DNA from: an uncultured Acidobacteriota bacterium
Lineage (GTDB): Bacteria; Acidobacteriota; JAQAZP01
Assembly: GCA_963836075.1 (NCBI GenBank)
Contig: CAWIIB010000009.1
Location: 2,976,001 to 3,040,000, forward strand
Direction: 5' to 3'
DNA: 64,000 nucleotides
Numbering within the stretch: position 1 is the stretch's first letter; each line of letters opens with the position of its first letter. Positions 34,962 to 45,353 of this stretch are shown here, piece by piece. Position numbers and translations under genes: made by a program. The notes under the pieces are model-generated. The model was given only the letters and a program-made list of their open reading frames with translations, was not told where the DNA came from and did no database searches.

Positions 34962-37571
34962 ATGACGATCCATCCTCTGCTGCGGCATCCTGCCACCCGC
35001 ATCATCCTTGTCCTCTATTTTGCCGCGGTTTCGGGCTTGTTGTCCTTCGCCGCCCAGAGCCCTGTTGCTTTGCATGGCGGTGAGCTCGCCCGGGAATCAC
35101 TGGAGCGGACCGCCGTATTCTTTGCCGGGCACGAAGAACTGCAGCAACCTCGGGGTTCGATGTGGAAGCACTTCGTCAGCATCCGGGATTTCCTCGACCG
35201 GCGGACGGTGAACGGTGTTCTGCCCACCGCCGCCGACCGGGTGCGGGCCTGGAAGGAGAAAAATCTTCGGCAGGCCCTCTCGGCGGACAATCGGGGCTGG
35301 TTCTGCATCGGGCCGCGAAACATCTCGGGCCGGATCGTCGACCTCGATTTTCATCCGTCCAACCCGCAAAAGGTCTATGCGGCCTCTGCCGGGGGTGGAT
35401 TGTGGATATCGAACGACGGTGGCGGCACCTGGCACACGACCACCGACGGTTTGCCCTCCCTGGCCATCGGTGCGGTGTGTGTCGTCCCCAGCAATCCCGA
35501 CGTGGTGCTGGCAGCCACCGGCGAGGGGCTGCACTGGCGATACGTTATCTACGGTGCGGGGATCTGGAAGTCCACGGACAGCGGCAAGACCTGGGGGCCC
35601 ACGAACCTGACGTACGAGGCCACCGACAATCACGGTTTCCATGTCATGGAGGCCAACCCGATCACCGGGACCGTGCTCGCCGGTGCCAATGACGGGCTGT
35701 GGCGTTCCACCGACGAGGGGGACACCTGGACCCGGGTCCTGTCCCAGTTCGACTGTTACGATGTGAAGTGGAAACCGGGCAGCGCGAATCGGGTGTACGC
35801 GACACGGGGCAACGCTGCATCGTCCAACGGTGTCATCGTTTCCACCGATGATGGTGTCGGCTGGACTCCTGCCGGAAGCGGTCAACCGCTGAGCTCCCGA
35901 GTCAGCAAGACGCGGATCGCGGTCACCCCGGCCGATCCTGACGTGATCTATGCCCACTACGGTGACAGCCAGACTTACGGCACTCTCGGGATCTACCGCA
36001 GTACTGACAGCGGTCTTAGCTGGTCGCCGCGAAACACCACCCTCAATATCTGCGGCGGGCAGGGCGGGTATGCGGTCACCATTGCGGTTGACCCCGACGA
36101 CGTGAACCGGGTGATCGCCGGCGGTATCAATCTATATCAATCGTCGAGCGGCGGGACTGTCTTTGCCGAGACCGGTGGCGGAAACCCGCTGGGGGATGAG
36201 GACTCGGTGCACGTGGACCACCACGCCATTGCCTGGGAACCGGGCTCCATAAGTACCCTCTGGGTGGGCACGGACGGCGGCCCCTGGCGCTCGACGGACA
36301 ACGGTGAAACGTGGAGCCCCCGGCGTGACGGCCTGGTTACGACGCAACATTACGACCTCTGCCTCGATCCGGGTGATCCGGGGTTCGCCATGGGCGGAGC
36401 TCAGGACAACGGCCTGCCCTGGACCGAGGAGGCAGACCGGTCCTGGTTCCCGTCCACCCTGGAGGCCGATGGTTGTGTCTGCATCGTCGAACCGCTCGAT
36501 CCGGACACGATCTATTCCGAGTGGCAGTTCGGGGGACATATCCGGAGCACCGACCGGGGCTGGAGCTGGCAGCCGACGATGAGCGGGCTCAGCGGCAATT
36601 CAGTGCCCATCGCCCCGCTGGCCCTCGACCCGAACCAGCCCGGGCGCCTGTTTACCGCCACCAGCAATGGGATCTTCCGCACAACCAATGGCCAGGATTA
36701 CTGGGTGCGCGTCGCCTCTCACCAGGCTTCCTGGATATCGATCAGCCCGGTGGACGGGGATGTGATCTGGACCGTGGACACCAACACCGCAGGGCCAGCT
36801 GTCCGAGTGACCTCTGACGGCGGCAGCAACTGGACGCCGGCAGCCCCTTACGGCTTCACGGTGGGAAATGAGACAAAGGTTCTTGCCCACCCCACCGATC
36901 CAGCCACGGCTTTCGTCATCTTTGCCGGGTATTCGGGAATCGTCCATGTGCTCCGCACCACCGATTTCGGTGCCACCTGGAAGGATGTGAGCGGTGATTT
37001 CCCCCCTGATCCGGCAAACACCATGGTGGTGGACCCGGAGGATCCCGATCACTGGTTTGTCGGGACCGACACCGGCGTCTGGTATTCGGTGAACAACGGC
37101 CTCAACTGGGTCCCGTTGGGATCGCGATTTCCAAATGTGGTGGTGTACGACCTCGAGATCCAGCCCCGGTCGCGAAAACTGGTGGCCATCACCTATGGCC
37201 GCGGCGCCTGGGAGACCAGTCTGCTTGAACCGGGCAGCCATGGTGAACGGACATCAGCCCGTCACGATCAGCTGATGCTTGATCCGCCAATTCTTGATCC
37301 ATCCGGCGACAGGGTGAGGTTCCGTTTCGCCTCCCGGGCGGCAGGAAGAGTGACCCTCCATGTCTACGACAGCCGGGGCCGGCTGGTCGAACAAATTGCT
37401 GATCTCTCCAGCGCTGATGGAATTATCCGGACCGCGCAGTGGGACAGCAGTGAAATCCCCTCGGGGACGTACTTTGTCCTGCTGCGCAGCGGTTTCGGAT
37501 GCCTGTCACGCCATGTGGCGGTGAGGCACGGTCGGACAGGTCTTGTGCTGCAACCCCGGATCTCCCACTAA
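34962..37571 (+). CDS. secreted BNR/Asp-box (VPS10-like) beta-propeller protein with C-terminal FlgD/Ig-like domain
   Basis: IGPRNISGRI, repeated STDxGxTW, HVDHHA, GGAQDNG, TYGRGAW, VYDSRGRLV...SGTYFV. Confidence 0.85.
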   Translation: MTIHPLLRHPATRIILVLYFAAVSGLLSFAAQSPVALHGGELARESLERTAVFFAGHEELQQPRGSMWKHFVSIRDFLDRRTVNGVLPTAADRVRAWKEKNLRQALSADNRGWFCIGPRNISGRIVDLDFHPSNPQKVYAASAGGGLWISNDGGGTWHTTTDGLPSLAIGAVCVVPSNPDVVLAATGEGLHWRYVIYGAGIWKSTDSGKTWGPTNLTYEATDNHGFHVMEANPITGTVLAGANDGLWRSTDEGDTWTRVLSQFDCYDVKWKPGSANRVYATRGNAASSNGVIVSTDDGVGWTPAGSGQPLSSRVSKTRIAVTPADPDVIYAHYGDSQTYGTLGIYRSTDSGLSWSPRNTTLNICGGQGGYAVTIAVDPDDVNRVIAGGINLYQSSSGGTVFAETGGGNPLGDEDSVHVDHHAIAWEPGSISTLWVGTDGGPWRSTDNGETWSPRRDGLVTTQHYDLCLDPGDPGFAMGGAQDNGLPWTEEADRSWFPSTLEADGCVCIVEPLDPDTIYSEWQFGGHIRSTDRGWSWQPTMSGLSGNSVPIAPLALDPNQPGRLFTATSNGIFRTTNGQDYWVRVASHQASWISISPVDGDVIWTVDTNTAGPAVRVTSDGGSNWTPAAPYGFTVGNETKVLAHPTDPATAFVIFAGYSGIVHVLRTTDFGATWKDVSGDFPPDPANTMVVDPEDPDHWFVGTDTGVWYSVNNGLNWVPLGSRFPNVVVYDLEIQPRSRKLVAITYGRGAWETSLLEPGSHGERTSARHDQLMLDPPILDPSGDRVRFRFASRAAGRVTLHVYDSRGRLVEQIADLSSADGIIRTAQWDSSEIPSGTYFVLLRSGFGCLSRHVAVRHGRTGLVLQPRISH

Positions 37572-37576
37572 AAAGT

Positions 37577-37600
37577 AAAACGGCCGCCCGAAGGCGGCCG
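37577..37600 (-). terminator. intrinsic terminator
   Basis: CGGCCGCC-TTCG-GGCGGCCG-TTTT on the minus strand. Confidence 0.75.
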
Positions 37601-37744
37601 GATCAAGGAGTCATTCTTCCAGTTCAGGGCACTGTGGTTACAGTGGGATTCGGTTGGAGGGATTTGGGTTTTACGGTCCTGAACGTTTGTCGGGACCGCG
37701 CTGGCCGGGGCGGCGATGGAGTCTGCCGCCCCGGCCTCACAGGG

Positions 37745-38440
37745 TCAGTTGGCGCGTTCGATGGTGATCAGGGCCACCGGATTGTTCCAGTCCTTGGCCG
37801 AGGCTTCCAGGTCGGCGATGCCGTGGATGCCGCTGTGCACCAGCACGAAACCTTCAGAGCCTTCGGTCACACGGACACCGGGGCTGCCGCAGGGCGGACC
37901 GGGAATGTGCTCGCAGGACTCGGTGTTCGCCTCGCTGCCGGCGTCATAGGCCCGGGCCGTGGTGGTCATGCGGTAGGGGCGATGGCCCCGAATTTCCACA
38001 CTGGCGCCGTCCACGCCGAGGAAGGCGTCGTTGGTGCTGACCAGCATACCGACCACGCTGATCAGACTCTGCTGGTGGGAAATGCTGACTTCCACGGTGA
38101 TCGATTCGCCGGGAAAGACCATACCGTCGGCGGCCATCACGTCCCGGACGCCGGTGGTGCCTTCCAGCAGATCGGCCAGCGGTCCAAACATGCCGTCTTC
38201 GGCCAGCATGGCCAGCTCATCGCTGGCCGGCTCGCCCAGCGTGAACACGGAAGCGCGCTTGTCGTGCGAGACCACCAGCGGCGGGCTGAAGATCTGATCG
38301 CTGGTGATGTTGGTGATGGTCACCGCAGCACGGAAAGCGGGGCTGATCTGCGCCGAAACGTCGACGGACGTGCCGAGGCTGAAAATGAGGGCCGCAGCGG
38401 CCAGGCCGAAAACCATTTTGCTCTTGAGGGTGCTCTTCAT
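37745..38440 (-). CDS. secreted spondin_N domain protein
   Basis: FSPPLVVSH, LAEDG, MLVSTNDAF, YDAGSEAN. Confidence 0.88.
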   Translation of the reverse strand: MKSTLKSKMVFGLAAAALIFSLGTSVDVSAQISPAFRAAVTITNITSDQIFSPPLVVSHDKRASVFTLGEPASDELAMLAEDGMFGPLADLLEGTTGVRDVMAADGMVFPGESITVEVSISHQQSLISVVGMLVSTNDAFLGVDGASVEIRGHRPYRMTTTARAYDAGSEANTESCEHIPGPPCGSPGVRVTEGSEGFVLVHSGIHGIADLEASAKDWNNPVALITIERAN

Positions 38441-38631
38441 TGTTCCTTCTCCTTGTCACTGTTGCTGTTGTTGAAGCGGTTCGTTCTTGTGTTCGTATCC
38501 TCGGCGTCCCTGTCGCTCCGCCGGTGTCGCTATCTCTATGCACTTGCAATGGAATCTGTGACAGAGTATGCTCAAAAAAATCGTAACTGCTTTGTTTTCT
38601 TGATCCATGCTCGGGATATGGCTGGACGGCG

Positions 38632-38660
38632 TGTCACATATCCGGGGCAAACCGTCTATA
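38632..38660 (+). promoter_or_regulatory. putative ECF autoregulatory promoter
   Basis: TGTCACA-N14-CGTCTATA about 20 nt upstream of the sigma gene. Confidence 0.45.
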
Positions 38661-38679
38661 TACAGGTGAGGATCGAAGG

Positions 38680-39306
38680 ATGGTGGCTGTGCCCACCACA
38701 GAGAGTCCGGCTGGAGCCAGCGGCGGAAGCGCCCCCGGTGGGGGAGGGCTGTCTGCGGCGGTGCTCGAGGCTGTACGGCGGCGGGAACCCGACGCCCTGG
38801 GTGAGCTTTACGATGCCTGCTTCGGGCGGGTCTATTCGCTGGCCCAGCGGCTCACCGGATCCCGGGAGCAGGCCGAGGACGTGACCCAGGAGGTGTTCCT
38901 CAAGGTGTACAACGCCGCCGAACAGCTCGACCCGTCCCGCGACCCGGCGCCCTGGCTGGCCACCATCACCTGGAACGCCTGCCGGGAGCACTGGCGCTCA
39001 CGGGGCCACAAGCAGGAGCGGCAGACCGCCACCATCAACGGCGATGACGGGATGCGCGATAAGCTGGTCAACGGCAAGCGCTCTCCGGAGCGGCGGGTGA
39101 TGAACGGTGAACGGAAGGCGCTGGTTGAGCAAGCCCTCCGCCGGCTGCCGGAGGAGATGCGGGCAGTGGTGCTGCTCCACGATTTCGAGGGGCTGAGTCA
39201 CGCCGAGGTGGCCGAAACCACCGGCGAGAGCCACGCCGCGGTGAGAAAGCGTTATTCCCGGGCCCTGTCCCGGCTGCACGATGAACTGAAGGATCAGTTG
39301 GAATGA
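38680..39306 (+). CDS. ECF RNA polymerase sigma factor
   Basis: AEDVTQEVFL, WLATITWN, region 4 LPEEMRAVVLLHDFEGLSHAEVAE. Confidence 0.93.
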   Translation: MVAVPTTESPAGASGGSAPGGGGLSAAVLEAVRRREPDALGELYDACFGRVYSLAQRLTGSREQAEDVTQEVFLKVYNAAEQLDPSRDPAPWLATITWNACREHWRSRGHKQERQTATINGDDGMRDKLVNGKRSPERRVMNGERKALVEQALRRLPEEMRAVVLLHDFEGLSHAEVAETTGESHAAVRKRYSRALSRLHDELKDQLE

Positions 39307-40118
39307 TCGACGAACCGATGATTTTGACGCCTGAACAGGAGCGCGTGCGGGAAGTCCTGCGCGGCCTGGGTCAGGTCCCGGCCGACCCCGCTTTCCGTGA
39401 GCGGCTGAAGCGGGAGTTCGTCTCCGGGGAGATCGCCGGTCAAAAGGTGCTCCAGCTGGACACCCGCCCCGGCGTCCTCGGCTGGTTCGGCCGGGCCTTC
39501 CTGCCCCTGGCTGCGGCGGTGGCGGCAGTGGTGGTCTTTTTCCTCCTGACCCCTGGCCCGGTGTGGAAGTTCAAGGCCATCACCGGACAGGGCCTGGTGG
39601 CGGTGAACGGGGTCAAGGCGGACGCTTCCGACATTGAAACCCTGGCCCGGCTGATCAAGCCCGGGGCGCGGATCAGCGTCCCCGAGGGCGTGACCCTCGA
39701 CCTGATTGCCGGCGACATCCTGCTGCTGGAAGTGAACGGCGGCGAGGCCACGGTGCCGCAGAATCCGGGCCGGAGGCACCGCGGGGAACTGACCAGCGAG
39801 GTGTCCATCGGCGAACTGCGCTTCAAGACCGGTCCGGGGTTCACCGGCCGACGGTTCAACGTGCGCACTCCGGACGGGCTGGTGGAGATCACCGGCACCG
39901 TAATCTCCGTCGTGCGTATGCCCGACCTGACCTGTGTCTGCGTCTACGAGGGCCAGGCGAACATCGGGCGGGACGCCGAGCACATGGATCTTATTCCCGC
40001 CGGGCAGCGCAAGGTGATGTTCTCCGATGGCCGGCCCCCGATGATCTCCCCGTCGATGCCTGAGCACATCCAGGGTCTCGAAGACTTTCTCGAGCGCAAC
40101 CAGGACGCCTTCCAGTAA
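39303..40118 (+). CDS. anti-sigma / FecR-like protein
   Basis: ATGA overlap with the sigma gene; single TM; FNVRTPDGLVEITGT, VCVYEG. Confidence 0.8.
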   Translation: MIDEPMILTPEQERVREVLRGLGQVPADPAFRERLKREFVSGEIAGQKVLQLDTRPGVLGWFGRAFLPLAAAVAAVVVFFLLTPGPVWKFKAITGQGLVAVNGVKADASDIETLARLIKPGARISVPEGVTLDLIAGDILLLEVNGGEATVPQNPGRRHRGELTSEVSIGELRFKTGPGFTGRRFNVRTPDGLVEITGTVISVVRMPDLTCVCVYEGQANIGRDAEHMDLIPAGQRKVMFSDGRPPMISPSMPEHIQGLEDFLERNQDAFQ

Positions 40119-40139
40119 CGATCCCCTGAAAGCCAGGGC

Positions 40140-42527
40140 CTAGGGCAGAGCGACGGTCAGCGTACAACTGGCTGTTGCCGCGTCACCCGAGGGCGGGTAG
40201 GGCGGCTGATTCCAGGGGGCCGGCGTCACGTCCATGGCCGAGAGAGTGAAGATGTTGACCCCGTCGAGAGTACCCAGCGCCGGGATGTTCTGCTCCCAGC
40301 CGGCCTGGAAGTGGCCGCCGGCGGCGATGTTGGTCCAGCCGGCGCGCCAGTTGGCGTATGACGCTCCGCCGGCCAGCACCACGTCGATGCGGGCGGCGGC
40401 CCGGCGGGTCTGCTCCACGTAGAAGTTGTCGATTCGTGCGGCCATGGTTGCGACAAAGGGCGCTGTGCCCGCCGGCGGCGTGCAGGTCAGCTGGGCGCCC
40501 AGCGTCTCCACCGTGGGGTCGATGCCGGTGTGGACCAGTGTGGGGTCGCCGTAGAGGTTGAAGTTGTACATGTTCTGGAATTCGTAGTAGTGGTCCCAGC
40601 CCACGGTGGTGTGGCAGAGGAACTTCGAGTCGTAGAGCGCGTTGCCCACCCGGTTCGGGTCGCTGGGCCCGGCGTGGAGCAGCCGGTTGAACTCGCAGAT
40701 CAGCGACTCTGACCCGCCGCCGTAGGTCAGCCAGTTCAGGCTCACCGCCGCGCCCCGGGTGGCGCTGATCACGCCGGCGGAACCGCCGAACCCCGGCTTG
40801 CAGAGCAGGTGGATGCCCAGGTTGCCCAGGCCGGTGACCTCAGGGTAGCCCACGCTGCAGGAGACGGCGTAGACGATGGCCGGGTGGTCGTCGTCGATGT
40901 TCGAGTCGTCGAGAAAAAAGGCCACGCTGTCCAGTTCGTCCGGGTCACTGCTTTCAGGCACGCCGTCCCCGTCGTCCGAACTCCAGACGGTGCGGGAGAC
41001 TCCGGAAACCCACCCGTGGCAGGCCCAGTTCACCACCGAGAATTCTCCCTCCCGCCAGGCATCGGATACCGCTGCTTCGCTGATCGCCGGCCAGGGGTAG
41101 CGGGACGGCGCCAGCCCAGCCTGTTCGCTCATATGGGTGCAATTCCAGCCGCTCATTGCCTGGTCTTCGATGATGGTCATGCAGTCGCCGCCATCGGAGA
41201 CCGGCTCACCGGAGTGGTCCTCGTTACCGTAGAACATGATCGTGGCCAGGTTCAGTGCGTTGCGCTTCCAGTCACCGGTGTCCTGCTCGAAGGCCACCAG
41301 CTTGTCCAGGGCGTAGGTGATCCAGAAATTGTAGTTGTGGGGAATGCGGCCCACGATCACATCAGCCAGAAAGTCTGGCATGTCCTGGGTGTATTCGCCG
41401 TGGTAGCCGTCACCGTCCGAGTCCCAGGACACATCGTCGTCCCAGGACAGGTCGGCGTAGTAATAGTCGGTGGGCACCGCACCGCCCGGGTTGCCGGGGT
41501 CGGGCCAGTTGTTGGTGTGGTTGTTCGGGTTGGGGAAGCAGTAGCGCATGGGCACGGTGACCACATCGCCAACCAGCAGTACATAGCGGATCCCCAGCGG
41601 TCCGTAGCTGTCGCGGAGATAGTTGCGGATCTGTTCGGCCAGGTCCACCCCGGGCTGGCCGGTGATCGCCGGGTCGGTGATCAACACGATTTTCACCTCG
41701 AAACCCAGCGAGCGCTTCCAGTCCAGGTAGTTCGAGTTGGTGATCCCGTTGACATTGCCTGCGTCGGTAATGATCAGGACGTCGCAACCGGGGAGGGTGA
41801 TGTCGCGGTCTCCCCCGGTTACCGAGTAGAGCGGCGCCATCTGGTTGTAGTTGACGAACAGCCGCCGAGCCTGCTGGTCAGCCGCGGTATCCGCGAGCAG
41901 CGATTCCGTGTGCCGCTGTTCCGCGCTGTCCGGCGCGGGCAGCCGGTAGCGGACGGTGACCCGGGCCGATTCACAGAACGTCAGCCGCCCGGATTGGGGA
42001 TGCCAGGTAAAGGGGTGGAAGGCCACGCTGGCATAGGCGTATTTGCGCAGGGTGCCGGAGCCGGCCAGCTGCGCCGTCGCGGCGGGAAACGGACGGTTCG
42101 ACGAGTAGGCGGCGTCACGGGTGGCCTGCCACTCGGCCTGTAATTCCCTGGCTTGAGGGGAGCGACCGAAAGACCCGTCGAGCAGCCGGATGGGCGGCGC
42201 GGGCGCGATATGCCGGGCCCCGGGGATCTCACGGGTTCCGAGGGGTTGCGCTTCCACGGAGATGGCCCGGGCCCCCGGCGGCAGGGCCACCAGCAGGCTG
42301 CGCACCGGCAGCGCCGGCTCCCCGGGTTTGGCCCGGTACCCGCAGTTTGCCATGGTGACCTTCGTACCGTGGGCTGTTTCCGCCAGTTCGTAATCGTCGG
42401 AGCGAACCTCGAAAGTCAATTCGCCCAGTGATGCGAACCCGCCTTCGGCGGCCATGGTCGATACCGCCGGGGGTGCCAACAGGGCCAGAATCGCTAGAGC
42501 CAGGGGAATTCGGTAGAGATGACGCAT
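40140..42527 (-). CDS. peptidase C25 (gingipain-like) with propeptide and C-terminal extension
   Basis: KPGEPALP propeptide, YVLLVGD, TDYYYADL, VGRIP, catalytic CHG and SC, NLYGDP. Confidence 0.87.
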   Translation of the reverse strand: MRHLYRIPLALAILALLAPPAVSTMAAEGGFASLGELTFEVRSDDYELAETAHGTKVTMANCGYRAKPGEPALPVRSLLVALPPGARAISVEAQPLGTREIPGARHIAPAPPIRLLDGSFGRSPQARELQAEWQATRDAAYSSNRPFPAATAQLAGSGTLRKYAYASVAFHPFTWHPQSGRLTFCESARVTVRYRLPAPDSAEQRHTESLLADTAADQQARRLFVNYNQMAPLYSVTGGDRDITLPGCDVLIITDAGNVNGITNSNYLDWKRSLGFEVKIVLITDPAITGQPGVDLAEQIRNYLRDSYGPLGIRYVLLVGDVVTVPMRYCFPNPNNHTNNWPDPGNPGGAVPTDYYYADLSWDDDVSWDSDGDGYHGEYTQDMPDFLADVIVGRIPHNYNFWITYALDKLVAFEQDTGDWKRNALNLATIMFYGNEDHSGEPVSDGGDCMTIIEDQAMSGWNCTHMSEQAGLAPSRYPWPAISEAAVSDAWREGEFSVVNWACHGWVSGVSRTVWSSDDGDGVPESSDPDELDSVAFFLDDSNIDDDHPAIVYAVSCSVGYPEVTGLGNLGIHLLCKPGFGGSAGVISATRGAAVSLNWLTYGGGSESLICEFNRLLHAGPSDPNRVGNALYDSKFLCHTTVGWDHYYEFQNMYNFNLYGDPTLVHTGIDPTVETLGAQLTCTPPAGTAPFVATMAARIDNFYVEQTRRAAARIDVVLAGGASYANWRAGWTNIAAGGHFQAGWEQNIPALGTLDGVNIFTLSAMDVTPAPWNQPPYPPSGDAATASCTLTVALP

Positions 42528-42637
42528 GGCGAGGCACTCCTGGTGTTGGGACGTGCAGAATCGGGAATCCGGGCATCCGTGGGAGGTGCACTCCGGCCGA
42601 TCCGGAAACTCCGCATTTTAAACATAGTCAACGAGAC

Positions 42638-43891
42638 TCACCGCGTCAATGCCGGGGGGCCGTTGAGCAGGTTACGGGCTTCGAGATACTTCCACAGCTG
42701 GTGGGCCACCACCATGTTGCCCAGTGGCGAATAGTGCCCGCCGGGCCCCAGGAAATCTCGCGGCGGGTGGGTCCGGCCGGCGCGGGCGAAGGCGTCCATC
42801 ACGTCGATGTACTCGATCTCCTGACGATCAAGATGTTCCATCAGGGGGGTGTAGGATTTGCTCTGGTCCGTGCGGTAATTTCTGATGTCGTCGCCATGGG
42901 GGAAGATGACGGCGACCGGTTTCGATCCGTTGTTGATGACGGCCGTGGAAAATCGTTCGAACAGCCTGGCCGTGACCTGGAACGCCTCTGAACGGGGATT
43001 GAACCGGTCGTCCAGCATGACCGAGTCGGCTGCCCGGTTCTCCCGCAGGTTCCGGCGCAGGATTTTGAGCAGCCGAACCGAGGGCAACACGTCGAAGCGG
43101 CCTTCGCGGTAGTCCATCAGGTAGTGCTGGTCGTGCTTCCCCAGGAGTGCGATGACCTCGCTTTCCCGGTCCAGCAACTGACGGTAGTGGTCTGGTGTGG
43201 GCAGGGGATTGGGCAGGAGTTCCAGCGAACCCCCGGCAAGCAGAAATCTCGGTTTTGCCGCCGGAAGTCCATCCCGGTAGAGAAAGGGACGGTAGACGTT
43301 GACGTGTCTTCTCAGGTTTTCCGTCATGAACCCCATCAGGACGATCCGTGGATTGAAATGCTTTCCCTCCTCCTCGTAGCGCAGCAGTGCCTGGTCGAGG
43401 GCGAACCCCGGCACGCCAAAGTTGAGTACTTCCACTTGCGGGGCAAAACGGCTCAAACTCTCCGTCCAGCTGTCCTTCCCGTTCACTTCGGCCCCGAAAG
43501 TGAACGAATCGCCGAAGGCCAGGATGCGAACCCTGTCCCGGTCAGGGTTCAGGGGGTAGGTCCGCGCGCCCCGCAGCCCCTGCTCGTTGATGGTGATGGT
43601 GTATGAAAACCTGGCAGGATCAACGTCGATCTTTTTCCTCGTTCCCGGTTTGTTGGTCCAACCCAGCGTGGAGCTCAGGGTCCGCTGACCGGCCTTGTCG
43701 TCGATCAGCCTCTGGACCAGGCGGCGGTTCCTCTCGGTGAGCTCGAAACGCACCGGTTCGTAGCGGATGCCCTTCAGCTTGTCCAGCAGTTCCAACCCCG
43801 AGAAGGCGACCAGTTCAACCGCGAACCAGACCAGTGAGCAGAGTGCCAGCCAGAAAACAGCCCGGCGGAAGTTGATGCCCAGTGTGCCCAT
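42638..43891 (-). CDS. membrane-anchored SGNH/GDSL hydrolase-like protein
   Basis: GDSFTFG, NFGVPGF, GHYS; start MGTLG at 43891. Confidence 0.82.
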   Translation of the reverse strand: MGTLGINFRRAVFWLALCSLVWFAVELVAFSGLELLDKLKGIRYEPVRFELTERNRRLVQRLIDDKAGQRTLSSTLGWTNKPGTRKKIDVDPARFSYTITINEQGLRGARTYPLNPDRDRVRILAFGDSFTFGAEVNGKDSWTESLSRFAPQVEVLNFGVPGFALDQALLRYEEEGKHFNPRIVLMGFMTENLRRHVNVYRPFLYRDGLPAAKPRFLLAGGSLELLPNPLPTPDHYRQLLDRESEVIALLGKHDQHYLMDYREGRFDVLPSVRLLKILRRNLRENRAADSVMLDDRFNPRSEAFQVTARLFERFSTAVINNGSKPVAVIFPHGDDIRNYRTDQSKSYTPLMEHLDRQEIEYIDVMDAFARAGRTHPPRDFLGPGGHYSPLGNMVVAHQLWKYLEARNLLNGPPALTR

Positions 43892-43892
43892 A

Positions 43893-45353
43893 TCAACCGC
43901 GGTCCATCGGCCGGCGGTGGGATGAACGGAGCCGCTTGACGTGGCGCCAGTGCGCGCCGTCCTTATCGAAGCGGCGGGCCAGCTCAAAGAGCTGCGGCGA
44001 GTAGTTGATCCCCAGGCCGGGTACGATCCAGTGGGGCCGGCTGCTCACCCGTTGGAGGATCCCCTCTTCGAAGCCGTCGCGCACGGCCGGTGAGATGTAG
44101 TGGGTGGGGGAGAGCAGGTCGTTCCCGGGGTCGATGGCCCCATCGGCGATGGCCCGGCGCTGCAGCTCGGTGCCGGGCAGCACCCGCATGGCCAGCGCGG
44201 CCAGCACGGCGGTGGGGTCCAGACGGTCGGCCAGGGCAAAGGTTTCTTCCACGGTTTCCCAGGTTTCCCCGGGGCCGCCGAAGATGAAGTTGAAGCAGAA
44301 GGGCAGGCCCATCCGGTGGCAGAGTTCGGCTGCCTTTTCCAGGTGCTGCAGCTCCATGTCCTTGCCGTACGATTCCAGCATCGACGCCGAGCCGGCGTCG
44401 GGGGTGAACTCCAGCCCCAGCACCCCGGAGTCGATCATCAGCCCCAGCAGTTCCTCGTCCACGGCCAGGGGGTTGAGATAGGTCTCCCAGCGGACGTTCA
44501 ACTTGCGACGGACCATCTCGCGGCAGACCTCCTTGGCATGGTCCAGGGGCAGGTTGAAGATGTTGTCCACAAAGGTGAAGCGCTCGGCGCCCCAGCGGCC
44601 CCTGGCCTGCTCCATCTCGTCAACCACCGAGGCCGGCGAACGGAGCCGGAACGACCGCCCTTCCAGCAGGGGGTAGACGCAGTAGGTGCAATGGAGCGGG
44701 CAGCCGCGCTTGGTCTGGATGTTGAAACTGGCCCCGGCTTTGAGATAGCCGGGAATGTCCAGCAGGTCCCGGGCCTCTGGGGAGACCTGGCCCGGCCAGC
44801 CCTGCTCGGGCCACCCGGCGGGGGCCGAAATGATTTCCGAAGGCACCCGGTTGATGGCGCCGCCGGGATCACGGAAGACCGCGCCGGGTATGGATTCCGG
44901 TGAGCGGCCCCCCAGCAGCACCTCCTCCACCAGCCGCACCGCGGAGGCCTCGCCCTCGCCGGCCAGGCCGAGATCCAGCCCCAGGTAGTCCAGTGCCGGT
45001 TCGGGGCAGACGGTGAAGCCGGACCCGCCGATGAACAGCCGGGCATCACTCTGCTCTCTCAGGGCGTGAATGAAGTCGCCGATCTCCGGCAGATAGCAGA
45101 CCGGGCCGGGCCAGCTGGTATTGTCCAGGTTGCGCATGGAGAGGCCGACGATGGCGGGGCGGAGGCCGGCCACCAGCCCTGCCGCTTCGTGCCGGTCAGC
45201 GGTACCGCACATGGCGAGGTCCACCACCTTGACCTGGTGCCCGGCGCGGAGCAGGGCGGTGGCGGCGCAGGCCAGCCCGATGGGGATCACCGGGCTGGGC
45301 AGCCGCTCCCGGTTGAGCGAGACAAGGACGATATCGGCCTTTCCCCCGCTCAC
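43893..45353 (-). CDS. B12-binding radical SAM protein (lipid-biosynthesis-associated type)
   Basis: PVIPIGLA, GLSMRNLDN, QTKRGCPLHCTYCVYP, FGGPGET. Confidence 0.88.
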   Translation of the reverse strand: MSGGKADIVLVSLNRERLPSPVIPIGLACAATALLRAGHQVKVVDLAMCGTADRHEAAGLVAGLRPAIVGLSMRNLDNTSWPGPVCYLPEIGDFIHALREQSDARLFIGGSGFTVCPEPALDYLGLDLGLAGEGEASAVRLVEEVLLGGRSPESIPGAVFRDPGGAINRVPSEIISAPAGWPEQGWPGQVSPEARDLLDIPGYLKAGASFNIQTKRGCPLHCTYCVYPLLEGRSFRLRSPASVVDEMEQARGRWGAERFTFVDNIFNLPLDHAKEVCREMVRRKLNVRWETYLNPLAVDEELLGLMIDSGVLGLEFTPDAGSASMLESYGKDMELQHLEKAAELCHRMGLPFCFNFIFGGPGETWETVEETFALADRLDPTAVLAALAMRVLPGTELQRRAIADGAIDPGNDLLSPTHYISPAVRDGFEEGILQRVSSRPHWIVPGLGINYSPQLFELARRFDKDGAHWRHVKRLRSSHRRPMDRG

